64,000 nt of DNA. Origin: Gammaproteobacteria bacterium (GTDB taxonomy: Bacteria; Pseudomonadota; Gammaproteobacteria; UBA4575). The stretch is taken from assembly GCA_965222615.1 (NCBI GenBank), contig CBDCUI010000009.1:928001-992000 (forward strand), written 5' to 3'. A model generated the notes under the pieces. It worked only from the letters and a program-made list of their open reading frames with translations, was not told the DNA's origin and did no database searches. Shown here one piece after another: positions 1 through 10,600 of this stretch; position 1 is the first letter of the stretch; each line of letters begins with the position of its first letter. Position numbers and translations under genes: made by a program.

Positions 1-801
1 AACTGCGCCTCCTGAAGATATACCACAAAAGATCCCTTCTTCTTTACCGAGCCGTCGCATCATGTCTTCGGCTTCCTGCTGGGTCACTTCCATGACTTGA
101 TCAACCGCCTTCGCATCAAATATTTTCGGAATATATTCTTCAGGCCATTTACGTATGCCTGGAATCTTAGAGCCCTCTGATGGCTCCACACCAATGATTT
201 GAATCTTGGGATTTACTTCCTTTAAATATTTCGATGTACCCATTATCGTACCCGTGGTTCCCATTGAACTTACAAAGTGAGTAATCTTTCCATCCGTGTC
301 TCGCCAAATTTCAGGACCGGTTGTTTGATAATGTGCTAGTGGGTTATCCGGATTGGCAAATTGATCTAACACTTTACCTTTACCGTCTGCTTGCATTTGT
401 AGAGCCAAATCACGTGCACCTTCCATGCCTTCTTCGGCAGTAACTAATATTAATTCTGCACCAAAGGCTTGCATGGATTGACGACGTTCAAGGCTCATAT
501 TTTCTGGCATAATTAGTTTTAAGTTAAAGCCTTTCATTGCCGCTACCATTGCGAGTGCAATTCCGGTGTTACCACTAGTCGCTTCGATTAAATTATCTCC
601 AGGTTTAATATCACCGCGTTTCTCTGCCTCAACAATCATGCTTAAAGCCGGTCGATCTTTCACCGATCCCGCAGGATTATTGCCTTCTAACTTTCCCAAT
701 ACCAAATTAGAAGTTTTTCCTGGAAGACGTTGCAAGCGCACAAGCGGTGTATTGCCAACGAATTTTTCAATAGTTGGGACCTCTATAGTAGGAACACTCA
801 T
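1..801 (-). CDS. cysM: Cysteine synthase B (3' end runs off the window)
   Basis: Manual translation from ATG at 801: MSVPTIEVPTIEKFVGNTPLVRLQ...KLEGNNPAGSVKDR (PLP Lys)...EATSGNTG...DQFAN...MGTTGT; not in the ORF track because it is truncated. Confidence 0.9.
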   Translation of the reverse strand, partial: MSVPTIEVPTIEKFVGNTPLVRLQRLPGKTSNLVLGKLEGNNPAGSVKDRPALSMIVEAEKRGDIKPGDNLIEATSGNTGIALAMVAAMKGFNLKLIMPENMSLERRQSMQAFGAELILVTAEEGMEGARDLALQMQADGKGKVLDQFANPDNPLAHYQTTGPEIWRDTDGKITHFVSSMGTTGTIMGTSKYLKEVNPKIQIIGVEPSEGSKIPGIRKWPEEYIPKIFDAKAVDQVMEVTQQEAEDMMRRLGKEEGIFCGISSGGAV

Positions 802-803
802 TT

Positions 804-1190
804 TCATTCCTCCAGTTTAATTATTAATGCCTGTGCTACAGCGTAATTTTTTTCATCTGAAATACTAATATGTATATCTAAATTATCTGCCTCAATTTCT
901 TCGGCAAATTCACTTGTAAATGCTAGCGATGGCTTGCCATGTTCATCATGCCGAACATACATATTACGCCAATTTACTTCACCTCGTATACCGGTTCCCA
1001 ATGCTTTTACAAAAGCTTCTTTTACTGCAAATCGTTTTGCAATAAATGCCACAGTATCATATGAATTCTCTAACTCTTTTAATTCTTCGTCATGCAAAAT
1101 CTTTGCTGCAAATTTACTTTCATAGCGATTATAGGTTTTTTCAATACGCGCTATTTCAACAATATCAATTCCAGTACCAATTATTTTCAT
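804..1190 (-). CDS. acpS: Holo-[acyl-carrier-protein] synthase
   Basis: GIDIVEI and AKRFAVKEAFVKALGTG motifs; follows pdxJ. Confidence 0.96.
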   Translation of the reverse strand: MKIIGTGIDIVEIARIEKTYNRYESKFAAKILHDEELKELENSYDTVAFIAKRFAVKEAFVKALGTGIRGEVNWRNMYVRHDEHGKPSLAFTSEFAEEIEADNLDIHISISDEKNYAVAQALIIKLEE

Positions 1191-1191
1191 A

Positions 1192-1926
1192 TTAGTTAAT
1201 CGTTTCTATTGTTTTTTTCATTTTTCTAACTGCTTCTTCTAATCCAACATATAATGCGTGTGCCACAATTGAATGGCCAATATTGAGTTCATACATGTTT
1301 TTTATACTTGCAATTGGTAATACATTTTCGTAATGCAGCCCGTGACCAGCATTTACCACCATACCTAGTGAATGTGCATACTTTGCCGCTTCTTTAATCC
1401 TATTCAATTCCTGTTGTTGATCGTTATTCATTGCGCTAGCATAAGTTCCCGTATGCAATTCTACAACTGTCGCGCCGGTTGCAGCAGAGGTTTCTACCAC
1501 TTTTTTATCAGGCTCAATGAACAGTGATACTGCGATGCCCGCTTCTTTTAATGCGACAACTAAATCCTTTAATCGAGCTTGATGCTTGATCACATCTAAG
1601 CCACCTTCAGTTGTAAGCTCTTGTCTTTTTTCAGGAACGATACAACAATTTTCAGGTTTGACATACAATGCAATATCACGCATCTCATCAGTTGCTGCCA
1701 TTTCTAAATTCATACTACTTTGAATTACCTGTTTAGCTAGATAAACATCTTCATCTTGAATATGCCGACGATCTTCACGTAAGTGCATCGTGATGCCATC
1801 GGCACCTGCACGTTCCGATAGTTCAATTGCTTGTTTTAAATCTGGGTAGGGAGTGAAACGAGCCTGACGAATTGTCATCACATGGTCGAGATTGACACCA
1901 AGCCTCACTTTAGGTTGAGCAGACAT
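1192..1926 (-). CDS. pdxJ: Pyridoxine 5'-phosphate synthase
   Basis: LGVNLDH, HLREDRRHIQ, NAGHGL, ELNIGHSI motifs. Confidence 0.97.
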   Translation of the reverse strand: MSAQPKVRLGVNLDHVMTIRQARFTPYPDLKQAIELSERAGADGITMHLREDRRHIQDEDVYLAKQVIQSSMNLEMAATDEMRDIALYVKPENCCIVPEKRQELTTEGGLDVIKHQARLKDLVVALKEAGIAVSLFIEPDKKVVETSAATGATVVELHTGTYASAMNNDQQQELNRIKEAAKYAHSLGMVVNAGHGLHYENVLPIASIKNMYELNIGHSIVAHALYVGLEEAVRKMKKTIETIN

Positions 1927-1961
1927 GTTATAAACAATGCTTTTAATTTCAATTGACAGAA

Positions 1962-2663
1962 TTATGTTTGCATAAATTGCAAGATTTCTCGACTATGTAA
2001 AGGTCTATTATTAAGATGCCAGTTTATAACCCCGCGCATTAGCCGCTTTGCTTCAACTAAACAAGATGCATCCATATTCATAGGAGATCGCAAGCCAAGC
2101 AAGGTAGCACCTTTGATTACATTCCAAGCTGAACTTTCTTGTTGTACTCTTGCAGGACCCAAACCCATATCATAGCGATAGACTTTATCTTTTTGAATTG
2201 GTGTTTCATGATCAACTTCCTTATCCAAAGAAAGGCCATGTCCCACTAAACCAAGTAATTCAATCTCAAATAAGCGCAATAATTTTTCTTGCTTATCGTC
2301 GTTATCAAGTGAGTGAAGAATATTTTCGTATAAGTCGAAAATCTCCCTGCTAGGAGATGACTTAGGAACAAGTTTGAGTATTAGCTCATTTAAATACAGC
2401 CCAAGAATATACATGTTTGGCAAGTTAATATGTTTTGCGCCTGCTGTTTCAATATTAGTAAGAGTAAAAAGATCGCCTTTGCCTCCCCATGAAATCAGCA
2501 AAGGTGTAAAAACTATTCCCATAGCTCCACTATTTTTCTTCTTAGACCCTCGAAACACACAGGAAATCAAACCATGCTCTGGGGTGAGCATCTCCATAAT
2601 CTGACTTGTTTCACGATATTGCCTGCTATGTATGCAATAAGCTTGTTCTAATTGTACTCTCAT
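1962..2663 (-). CDS. recO: DNA repair protein RecO
   Basis: HSRQYRETS, LYLNELI, LRLFEIELL; era-recO-pdxJ synteny. Confidence 0.93.
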   Translation of the reverse strand: MRVQLEQAYCIHSRQYRETSQIMEMLTPEHGLISCVFRGSKKKNSGAMGIVFTPLLISWGGKGDLFTLTNIETAGAKHINLPNMYILGLYLNELILKLVPKSSPSREIFDLYENILHSLDNDDKQEKLLRLFEIELLGLVGHGLSLDKEVDHETPIQKDKVYRYDMGLGPARVQQESSAWNVIKGATLLGLRSPMNMDASCLVEAKRLMRGVINWHLNNRPLHSREILQFMQT

Positions 2664-2678
2664 ATTCTTTTAAAACTT

Positions 2679-3566
2679 TTATTGCTCAAACTGAGCCACA
2701 ATATTTTGTTGATCCTGCCAATTCTGTTTAACCTTAACCCAAGTTTTGAGCATAACTTTTTTATTAAAAATTTTTTCTAATTTTCTACGTGAATGTTCGC
2801 CAATAGCCTTCAATTTCGAACCTTTTTTACCGATGACAATGGCCTTCTGACTTTCCTTTTCCACCCAAATAATTACACTTGTTGTTAACATATTCTTCTC
2901 GAATTCAAGCTCTTCTACTTCAGTGTAAATTGCATAGGGTAATTCTTTTTGTAGTTGCAACATTGCAGCTCCACGTACCACTTCACTTACTATAAACGAA
3001 TCATCTCGATCCCATTTAATATCTTTAGGAAACAAAAATTCTGAATCTGGACAATATTTTGATAGTTCATCTACAAGCATGTTTAAATCGCTATCATACA
3101 TAGCAGAGAGAGGGATAATGCTTGCAAAATTATGGCGAGCTTTTACTTTATCTAAAATAGGTAACAACTGAGATTTTTGTTTTAGCTTGTCTACTTTGTT
3201 AACTATCAGAATAACAGGTAGATTTGTTTGTTTTACGTGTTCTAATAAATACTCATCCTCTTCAGTCCAGAAATCTAATTCAACCAACATCAAAATAACA
3301 TCGACGTCTTGTATAGATGAGAGCGCATTGCGTACTAAAACTTTATTCATTAAACGCTTGTTACCCAGCTGAACCCCTGGCGTATCTACTAAAATTATTT
3401 GACATTTATCTAGGGTTAAAATCCCTCGAATAGTATGACGCGTAGTTTGCGGCTTGTGTGTCGTTATAGATAGCTGCTCATCAAGCAATTTATTGAACAA
3501 AGTAGACTTACCAACATTTGCACGTCCGATGATTGCGACAAAACCACACTTTGTTTTGTTAGCCAT
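2679..3566 (-). CDS. era: GTPase Era
   Basis: GRANVGKS, PQTTR, DTPG, NKVD and KH-domain VIGKKG. Confidence 0.97.
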   Translation of the reverse strand: MANKTKCGFVAIIGRANVGKSTLFNKLLDEQLSITTHKPQTTRHTIRGILTLDKCQIILVDTPGVQLGNKRLMNKVLVRNALSSIQDVDVILMLVELDFWTEEDEYLLEHVKQTNLPVILIVNKVDKLKQKSQLLPILDKVKARHNFASIIPLSAMYDSDLNMLVDELSKYCPDSEFLFPKDIKWDRDDSFIVSEVVRGAAMLQLQKELPYAIYTEVEELEFEKNMLTTSVIIWVEKESQKAIVIGKKGSKLKAIGEHSRRKLEKIFNKKVMLKTWVKVKQNWQDQQNIVAQFEQ

Positions 3567-3574
3567 TAAAAGTA

Positions 3575-4246
3575 TTAAAAAGATTTTTGACTAACCACAT
3601 AGGTATACGCCTTTTCTGCAGCATCTTGTTCTGCTCGACGTCGACTTTTCCCTGAACCCTCAAATTTACTCTCACAATTTTCAATAATACATTCTACAGT
3701 AAACGTCTCATTACCTGATTTGCCTAGCTTACCTTGTAGTACATATTTTGGTAATGCCACTCCCTTTGACTGCAAAAATTCTTGTAGTCGAGTCTTGGCA
3801 TCTTTGAGTTCATCAACTGTAGGAATATTCCGCAAACGTTCAGAATAAATAGCTTGTATAAATTTCTTCGCTACATCAAGACCTTCAGATAAATACAAAG
3901 CACCAATTAAAGCTTCCAGAGCATCTGCCAAAATGGAATCACGTTGATTCCCACCTGATTTCAGCTCTCCTGGACCTAATACAATTAGCTCATTAAGATC
4001 CTGCTCAAGTGCAATTTCCGCAAGGGTTTCCTTTCTTACTAAATGGGCTCGCAAACGCGTGAGATCGCCCTCTGGATAATCTGGGTAATTACTAAATAAC
4101 CACTCAGCAATAAAAAACCCCAACAATGAATCACCAAGATATTCTAAGCGTTCATTGTTTTGTGAACTGACGCTACGATGAGTAAGCGCTTGGCGATAAT
4201 AATCTGAATCTAAGAAGTGGTTACCTAATTGCTTAACAAGACCCAA
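3575..4246 (-). CDS. rnc: Ribonuclease III (TTG start)
   Basis: NERLEYLGDS signature, DALEALIGA, C-terminal dsRBD. Confidence 0.97.
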   Translation of the reverse strand: MGLVKQLGNHFLDSDYYRQALTHRSVSSQNNERLEYLGDSLLGFFIAEWLFSNYPDYPEGDLTRLRAHLVRKETLAEIALEQDLNELIVLGPGELKSGGNQRDSILADALEALIGALYLSEGLDVAKKFIQAIYSERLRNIPTVDELKDAKTRLQEFLQSKGVALPKYVLQGKLGKSGNETFTVECIIENCESKFEGSGKSRRRAEQDAAEKAYTYVVSQKSF

Positions 4247-4250
4247 GGTA

Positions 4251-4628
4251 TTATTTTTTTGTATTTATAGCTTGGCGTTGATCAAAATTCACGACGGCAT
4301 CAAGATTAGCAATAATCGGCACACGAAACTCGTAATCTAACCCAAAATTAACTACTCCTTGCTTCCCTTTTTCATAAACAAAAGCTTCCTTCCCTACGCC
4401 GTAAATACTATTAATGTTGAGACGTTTATCAATAGCATCCCATAACTGACTTTTTGTCGGCTTTTTGCCTTGCATTTCTGCTGCTATGTCTTCGACAATT
4501 TTTTCTGTAGCAAAGCCCTTATAATAGACGGGAAATAACTTTATCCCAATCATAATAAGAAAACCGATCAAAGCTAAAAAGAATACCCAGAATACAAATG
4601 ATGCGCCCTGCTGTTTTTTAAAATTCAT
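4251..4628 (-). CDS. DUF4845-like pilin-like membrane protein
   Basis: ATG at 4628 with AAGGGAG SD; KKQQG followed by a hydrophobic helix; usual position between lepB and rnc. Confidence 0.8.
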   Translation of the reverse strand: MNFKKQQGASFVFWVFFLALIGFLIMIGIKLFPVYYKGFATEKIVEDIAAEMQGKKPTKSQLWDAIDKRLNINSIYGVGKEAFVYEKGKQGVVNFGLDYEFRVPIIANLDAVVNFDQRQAINTKK

Positions 4629-4647
4629 AATATGATCTCCCTTAACT

Positions 4648-5493
4648 CTAAATAATTTTCTTACCAATTCGTTTAAAGTTATACTTTTTACCCTTAAAAT
4701 CAGCATTCATCCACACTAAAAATGCGCGGCCAACTAAATTCTCTTCTGGAACAAACCCCCAAATACGACTATCACTACTATGATCTCGGTTATCACCCAT
4801 CACAAAATAATGATTATCAGGGACACTAAATTCACCCGGTGTGTTGTAACGTGTTTGCTTGATTAATATATCATGTAACACAGTTTCTAAATCTTCCTTC
4901 AAAATAATGGCACCATTCATTACACTATTTGCTCCCGAACCTTTATAGATACCATTTTTTTGCTGCCCAATTTGTTTGCCGTTAATATATAAGGTCTTAT
5001 CTTTATATGTAATGCGATCACCAGGCAGACCGATAACGCGCTTAATATAGTCGTCCGATGGGTCTTTTGGAAAACGAAATACAGCTACATCCCCACGCTG
5101 AGGGGATCCTGTATCGAGTATTTTTGTATGCAATACAGGCAGCCTCACTCCATAGGAAAACTTGTTCACTAAAATAAAATCACCATGCAACAATGTTGGC
5201 ATCATGGAACCGGACGGTATACGAAAAGGCTCTGCAATAAAGGAACGAAGTATTAGTACTACTAACAATATCGGAAAAAAAGATTTACATATCTCAATAT
5301 ACCAGGGCTCTCTATAGGTTTTATTAGATTTGCGAACATCACCTTGCCCATGACTTGCGTTATAGGATTTTTCCAAAGCCCGTTTCCTGCGTTTATCTCC
5401 TAAAAACATTTTATCCGCTAACCAGATCAACCCAGTTAAGACTGTACCTAAAACCAAGAACAGCTCGAGATCAAAATGAAAATTAAATTGCAT
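4648..5493 (-). CDS. lepB: Signal peptidase I
   Basis: EPFRIPSGSMMPTL (catalytic Ser), YIKRVIGLPGD (Lys), GDNRDHSSDSR. Confidence 0.97.
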   Translation of the reverse strand: MQFNFHFDLELFLVLGTVLTGLIWLADKMFLGDKRRKRALEKSYNASHGQGDVRKSNKTYREPWYIEICKSFFPILLVVLILRSFIAEPFRIPSGSMMPTLLHGDFILVNKFSYGVRLPVLHTKILDTGSPQRGDVAVFRFPKDPSDDYIKRVIGLPGDRITYKDKTLYINGKQIGQQKNGIYKGSGANSVMNGAIILKEDLETVLHDILIKQTRYNTPGEFSVPDNHYFVMGDNRDHSSDSRIWGFVPEENLVGRAFLVWMNADFKGKKYNFKRIGKKII

Positions 5494-5982
5494 GATTAGA
5501 TTTCAACGATAATAAGTTTTGACAAGACATCCCTGCCCACTGATTTGTACGATATTCAACCGAAATAAGTAAATATTTTAGACCCTGATTCACTCGGGGC
5601 CCAAGTATAGAAGCTAAATCTCGCCAGTGCGAGCTTACTTTCGACTATTCGTAATATATTTTAACCAGGATGACACCTTGCGCATACGTATTATGGACAA
5701 AACTAAGCATAGTGTAGCTATTTGGATGACCCAATGTACATAATCCTCCATATATTGTTCCTAACGTAACTCATATGGCCTTGGTTCTGACTCGACTCTG
5801 CCAGCCTTATCTTTAAACATGCTTCAGCATTGCAATCTCCCTCTCAGCTCATTTCAGCTTTACCACTAGGCTGACCTTTAAAAATTTACCTTAAAATCGC
5901 TTACCCCCCTACACTATGACATCTGTAGGCCATACTTTACCGTTAACCGATAGAAGGTAACATATATAAATAGATTCTTTGT

Positions 5983-7536
5983 TTATAGAATTTTTAAAAA
6001 CTCAACTAATTCATCAATTTCTTGTTCAGAGAGTTCAAGGGCTGGTAATTCGTGAGGTACTTTGTTTGTATCAGGCGGATTATTATAAAACTTGACGACT
6101 TCCTTTAACGTTTTAAATCTACCATCATGCATATAAGGCGAGGTTAATAAAACATTGCGCAATGATGGCACTTTAAACGCACCTGCAGCAGTAGATGGTA
6201 AATTTACTTTCTTGCCAAACTCTACATGTTCACACTTATTCGACGCATCACTAAATTTACCACTGCAGTTGAACACATCATATGCAACGGCTTGTATTCC
6301 AAACAAGTACCCATAATCAAAGTTGTTATCCGAGTCGGGACCCGTTCCTATATTATGAAATCCATGATTTGTGAATAAAGGTCCGTTATGGCAGCGAAGA
6401 CAATGTGTTTTTTCAACATCAAAAAATAAACGCAGTCCATTATATTGTTGTACGGTTAAATTAGTGTTTTTATTTTTACGTATTAAATAGACAGCATCAT
6501 CAAATTCAGATGGAGTATGCTGGATTGTTGTTAAGTAAGCAGCAAGTGATTTTCCTATTAAAACAAAAACAGAGTTAATTGCAATTTTCTGTTCTTCAGT
6601 CAAATTATGCCAATTTGCTTTTTCTGTCTTATTACCAAAAGGTGATGCATCTTTTGGAAAGCTAACAAATTCTGACTCATCAAACGTGTTATCTAACTCC
6701 TTAAGCAAGGATCGATAATTTCCATTAGACAATAGATAATGGACAACAGCTGCACGATTGTTATCCATTTCACCTTGAGTCTCTATCGGTGTCACGGCTT
6801 GAGCCCAAAGTGAGTCACGCCTACCATCCCAGTAATACCACTGAGAATGGGATATACCAGTTAATGCAGGGGCATGGCGTTTTGTTTCAGCGGTGCCAAA
6901 AGATTTCTTGCGACCATCACTAAAGCCAAGTTTTGGCTTGTGGCAAGTAGAACAGCTCACCGTATTAGAACGACTCAGTTTGGTATCAAAAAAAAGTTTC
7001 TGCCCGAGTGATATAGCTGCTTGATGGTAAAGATATTTATTGGTGGGGTCTTGTGTAGCTTCAACTTGATCGATATGCATAGAAGATACTAATGCTTGAT
7101 CAATCGCATTTTTTTCTGAGAAAGCTTTATGATTTTGGACCTCAAGAGGGAAAATTACGGTATCGAGACCTTCAGGCCCAGTAAAGGTGAGTCGAATCTC
7201 CCACTCGCCCCTCATATTAAAAAGCACACCACTTAAAAGTAGCTTGCCTTTGTCTATTGCACGCGTGAACCTGGGCTCACTTGGTAGTCCATGACCATGT
7301 GCAGGCATTCCACCATCAATAGATACTTGTCCAGGTATAAAAAGTTTCCCATTTTTTGTTTTAAAACTTACATACCAATTGTGCATAACACGTAAAGGAA
7401 TATAAGTTTGCTCATTAGTAAATGTAAGTGTGTATACATCTCTTTCAGATGTAATAACTTTCTGATAAGCAATACTATTAAGAGGAAATAGTAAAAAAAT
7501 CACACCCACACAAATAAGTGTATTTTTCATAAGCAT
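5983..7536 (-). CDS. Secreted di-heme cytochrome c peroxidase/MauG-family protein with N-terminal YtkA/FixH-like domain
   Basis: Signal peptide; GGMPAHGHGLP...FNMRGEW; CSTCH and CLRCH heme motifs; WDGRRDSLWAQA; FKVPSLRNV..TSPYMHDG. Confidence 0.85.
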   Translation of the reverse strand: MLMKNTLICVGVIFLLFPLNSIAYQKVITSERDVYTLTFTNEQTYIPLRVMHNWYVSFKTKNGKLFIPGQVSIDGGMPAHGHGLPSEPRFTRAIDKGKLLLSGVLFNMRGEWEIRLTFTGPEGLDTVIFPLEVQNHKAFSEKNAIDQALVSSMHIDQVEATQDPTNKYLYHQAAISLGQKLFFDTKLSRSNTVSCSTCHKPKLGFSDGRKKSFGTAETKRHAPALTGISHSQWYYWDGRRDSLWAQAVTPIETQGEMDNNRAAVVHYLLSNGNYRSLLKELDNTFDESEFVSFPKDASPFGNKTEKANWHNLTEEQKIAINSVFVLIGKSLAAYLTTIQHTPSEFDDAVYLIRKNKNTNLTVQQYNGLRLFFDVEKTHCLRCHNGPLFTNHGFHNIGTGPDSDNNFDYGYLFGIQAVAYDVFNCSGKFSDASNKCEHVEFGKKVNLPSTAAGAFKVPSLRNVLLTSPYMHDGRFKTLKEVVKFYNNPPDTNKVPHELPALELSEQEIDELVEFLKIL

Positions 7537-7685
7537 TTTAAAACCATGTAAAACTTCATGTGGTGCAGTTAACAGTTATGCAATTATAGAGTAGTTCTTG
7601 TTTGTTTCGTTTGTTAAGTTCACAAAATAGGAAGGAGAGTAATACCTAACGGGTATTACAAAAAATAATTGCAAAGGAATGCATT

Positions 7686-10600
7686 ATGGGGAACTACGTT
7701 TCTAATAAGCTATACAGCTTTACAAAATTACCAACAAATTTTCTTTTAGCTTGCATACTCTTTTTATTTTTCATTACTCAGTCATATGTGCTTGCCGGTC
7801 CGGAAGATCCACAAGATGGAGGTGCATGGGGACCGATAACGAGTTGGCCGATGATTCCTGTTTCTGCGGCCAACTTACCTGATGGGCGAATTATTGCCTG
7901 GGCATCCAATGAACGTACTACATTTCCTTCTTCAGTAAATAATGAGTCAACTTATACTGCCGTTTGGGATCCCCAAAGTAATTCTTTTATTGAAATACCT
8001 CACCCCAGTCATGACATGTTTTGCTCTCATCATGTCATGCTTGAGGATGGGAACGTGTTTGTAAGTGGTGGTCGGAATCAAGGTAACACTCCTTTTACAA
8101 GTATATTCAATCATCAAACTAATCAATGGGAACAACTTGCAAATATGAACCGTGGCCGCTGGTATCCCACATCCGTTGCCCTGGCTGATGGCACAATCAT
8201 GACAGCGATTGGTTCCGGCGGAGGCAACACTGCAGAGCTATGGGATGGTACTTCAAGTTGGAATTTATTAGGCGGTCTTAACTTCGATGTTCCAATACTC
8301 AATTATGGCCATGGCGAAAGAGACTGGTGGCCATTATTGCATCTAGCACCAGATGGGCAAATCTTTCATTCCGGACCAACTCCAGACATGCATATGATTA
8401 ATACTTCTGGTAACGGTTCAATTACGCAAACCAATACCCATACGGATTGGTATCCAAAACACGGTGCTACAGTGATGTATGACGAAGGGAAATTGTTAAC
8501 TGCTGGCGGCTGGGTTGGCGCAAATAATGTTTCAAGTTCTAATCAAGCGATGGTAATCGACTTGAACGGTCCTAGCCCACAAATCACACCCATCGCTTCC
8601 ATGCATCATGCACGTAAATTTCAAAATGGCGTTACCTTACCCAATGGCGAAGTATTAATTGTCGGCGGTAATACTTCAGGTCTTAAATTTGATGATTCAG
8701 GCACAATTTACTCAGTAGAGATTTGGAATCCTGACACTCAATTATGGCGTGAAGGCGCATCGATGGATGTACCTAGAAACTACCATTCTGTCGCACTGTT
8801 AATGTTAGATGGAAGAGTGTATTCAGCCGGAGGCGGATTATGTGGCTGTAGTGCTGATCATCAAGATCACCAGATTTATTCTCCACCCTATTTATTTAAT
8901 GCGGATGGATCACATGCATCGCGTCCCGTAATTCTTCAAGTTCCCGGAGTTGTTGAAGCAGGTCAGACTATAAGCGTAGCAGCAACTGCAGGGTTAGCAG
9001 AATTTTCTTTAGTGAAAATGTCCTCCACCACACATGCAATTAATACTGACTTGCGTTATTTGCCTGTCACCATGAACGAGGTTACACCAGGCAATTATCA
9101 ATTAAACTTACATGCAAATACGAACGTGTTGACTCCCGGTTATTGGATGTTATTTGCTTTGAATGCACAAGGCACACCATCAATTGCCAAAGCAATTCGT
9201 GTCTCAACACAAGGTTTGCAATCTGGCCCGCCAACAATTAAACAAATGAGCGATCTTGCAAATCGCATACAGGAAACGGTTAACTTAACTTTAGTAACTA
9301 GTGATCCCGATGGTGAAGCATTAACATTCACGGCTACAAATTTACCACCAGGTCTCACACTCAATTCACTCAGTGGAACGATTACCGGTGCACCGAACCA
9401 AGCCGGGACCTACAACACTACGATTACGGTTGCCGATAGTTCTGGTGGAACGGATGCAACGAGCTTTACTTGGAATGTTCTAGCTGGCGCTGGACAGCAA
9501 GGTGTGCGCTATGAATATTACCAAGGCGACTGGAATACTTTACCTAATTTTGATCAATTGCAGCCTATATCGACAGGTATCATTCCAAACTTCAGTATTT
9601 CTCCAGCTGCACAGGCAGATTACTTTGGATTCCGTTATAGCAGTCAAATAACCATTACTACTGCTGGAAATTATACTTTTTATACCAACTCAGATGATGG
9701 CAGCCAATTATTTATTAATGATCAACTTGTCGTAGACAATAACGGCTTGCATGCCCCTCAAGAACGATCGGGTTCAATTACTTTGGCTGCGGGCAACCAT
9801 GATATTCGAGTTACTTTTTTTGAAAAAACAGGTGGTGCTAATTTAGTAGTCAGCTACGCCGGCCCAAACATAGCTAAACAAACAATACCCAATTCGGTTC
9901 TTTTTGTCCCTACCTTTCAAGGTGTTCAATCGACAAGATACGTACGCCTTACGGCATTGTCGGAAATCAATGCAAAACCTTGGACATCTGCTGCGGAAAT
10001 TAATTTATTAGATACTAATGGACAAGCACTAACGAGATCAGCATGGACCGTAAGCGCAAGCAGCATGGAATTGACCGGAGAAAACGGAGCGGCTTCGAAT
10101 GCCATCGATGGAGATGTAAATACGATTTGGCATACGGAATGGTTCAGCCAAGCAGGTGATGACAATGATCCAGCGCATCCACATCATTTTATAATTGATT
10201 TGGGTGCCGTAAATGATATTTCTGGACTTACTTACTTACCAAGACCCGGCGCAGGTAATGGCACAATCAAAGCCTATGAAATTTATGTGAGCGGCGATGG
10301 AATAAACTGGGGCACACCTATCCATGTCGGTGAATTCACATCGACAGGTTTAAATACGGTGACCTTTGTGGATGAACCACAACCAACTAACAATGCTCCT
10401 ACAATTGTCAATCCTGGCACACAAAATAATTCAAGCGGTGACACGATTGCGCTATCAATAAGTGCAGCGGACAGTGATGGTGATATTCTTACTTACAGTG
10501 CTACTGGTTTGCCAACTGGCTTGTCGGTTAACTCAGCTACCGGCTTGATTTCGGGAACAGTAACAACGGCACAAACTTTTAATACCACGATTACCGTATC

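Noticed and set aside
5580-5610. TCGGGG as a tRNA-Pro att duplicate bounding the oxidase locus
   Set aside because: Only about 6 bp match, which is expected by chance
5983-7536. Calling this gene mauG or mbnH, or a methylamine/methanobactin locus
   Set aside because: No mauAB, mbnP or TonB-receptor neighbours, and it keeps PYMH; only family-level similarity is supportable
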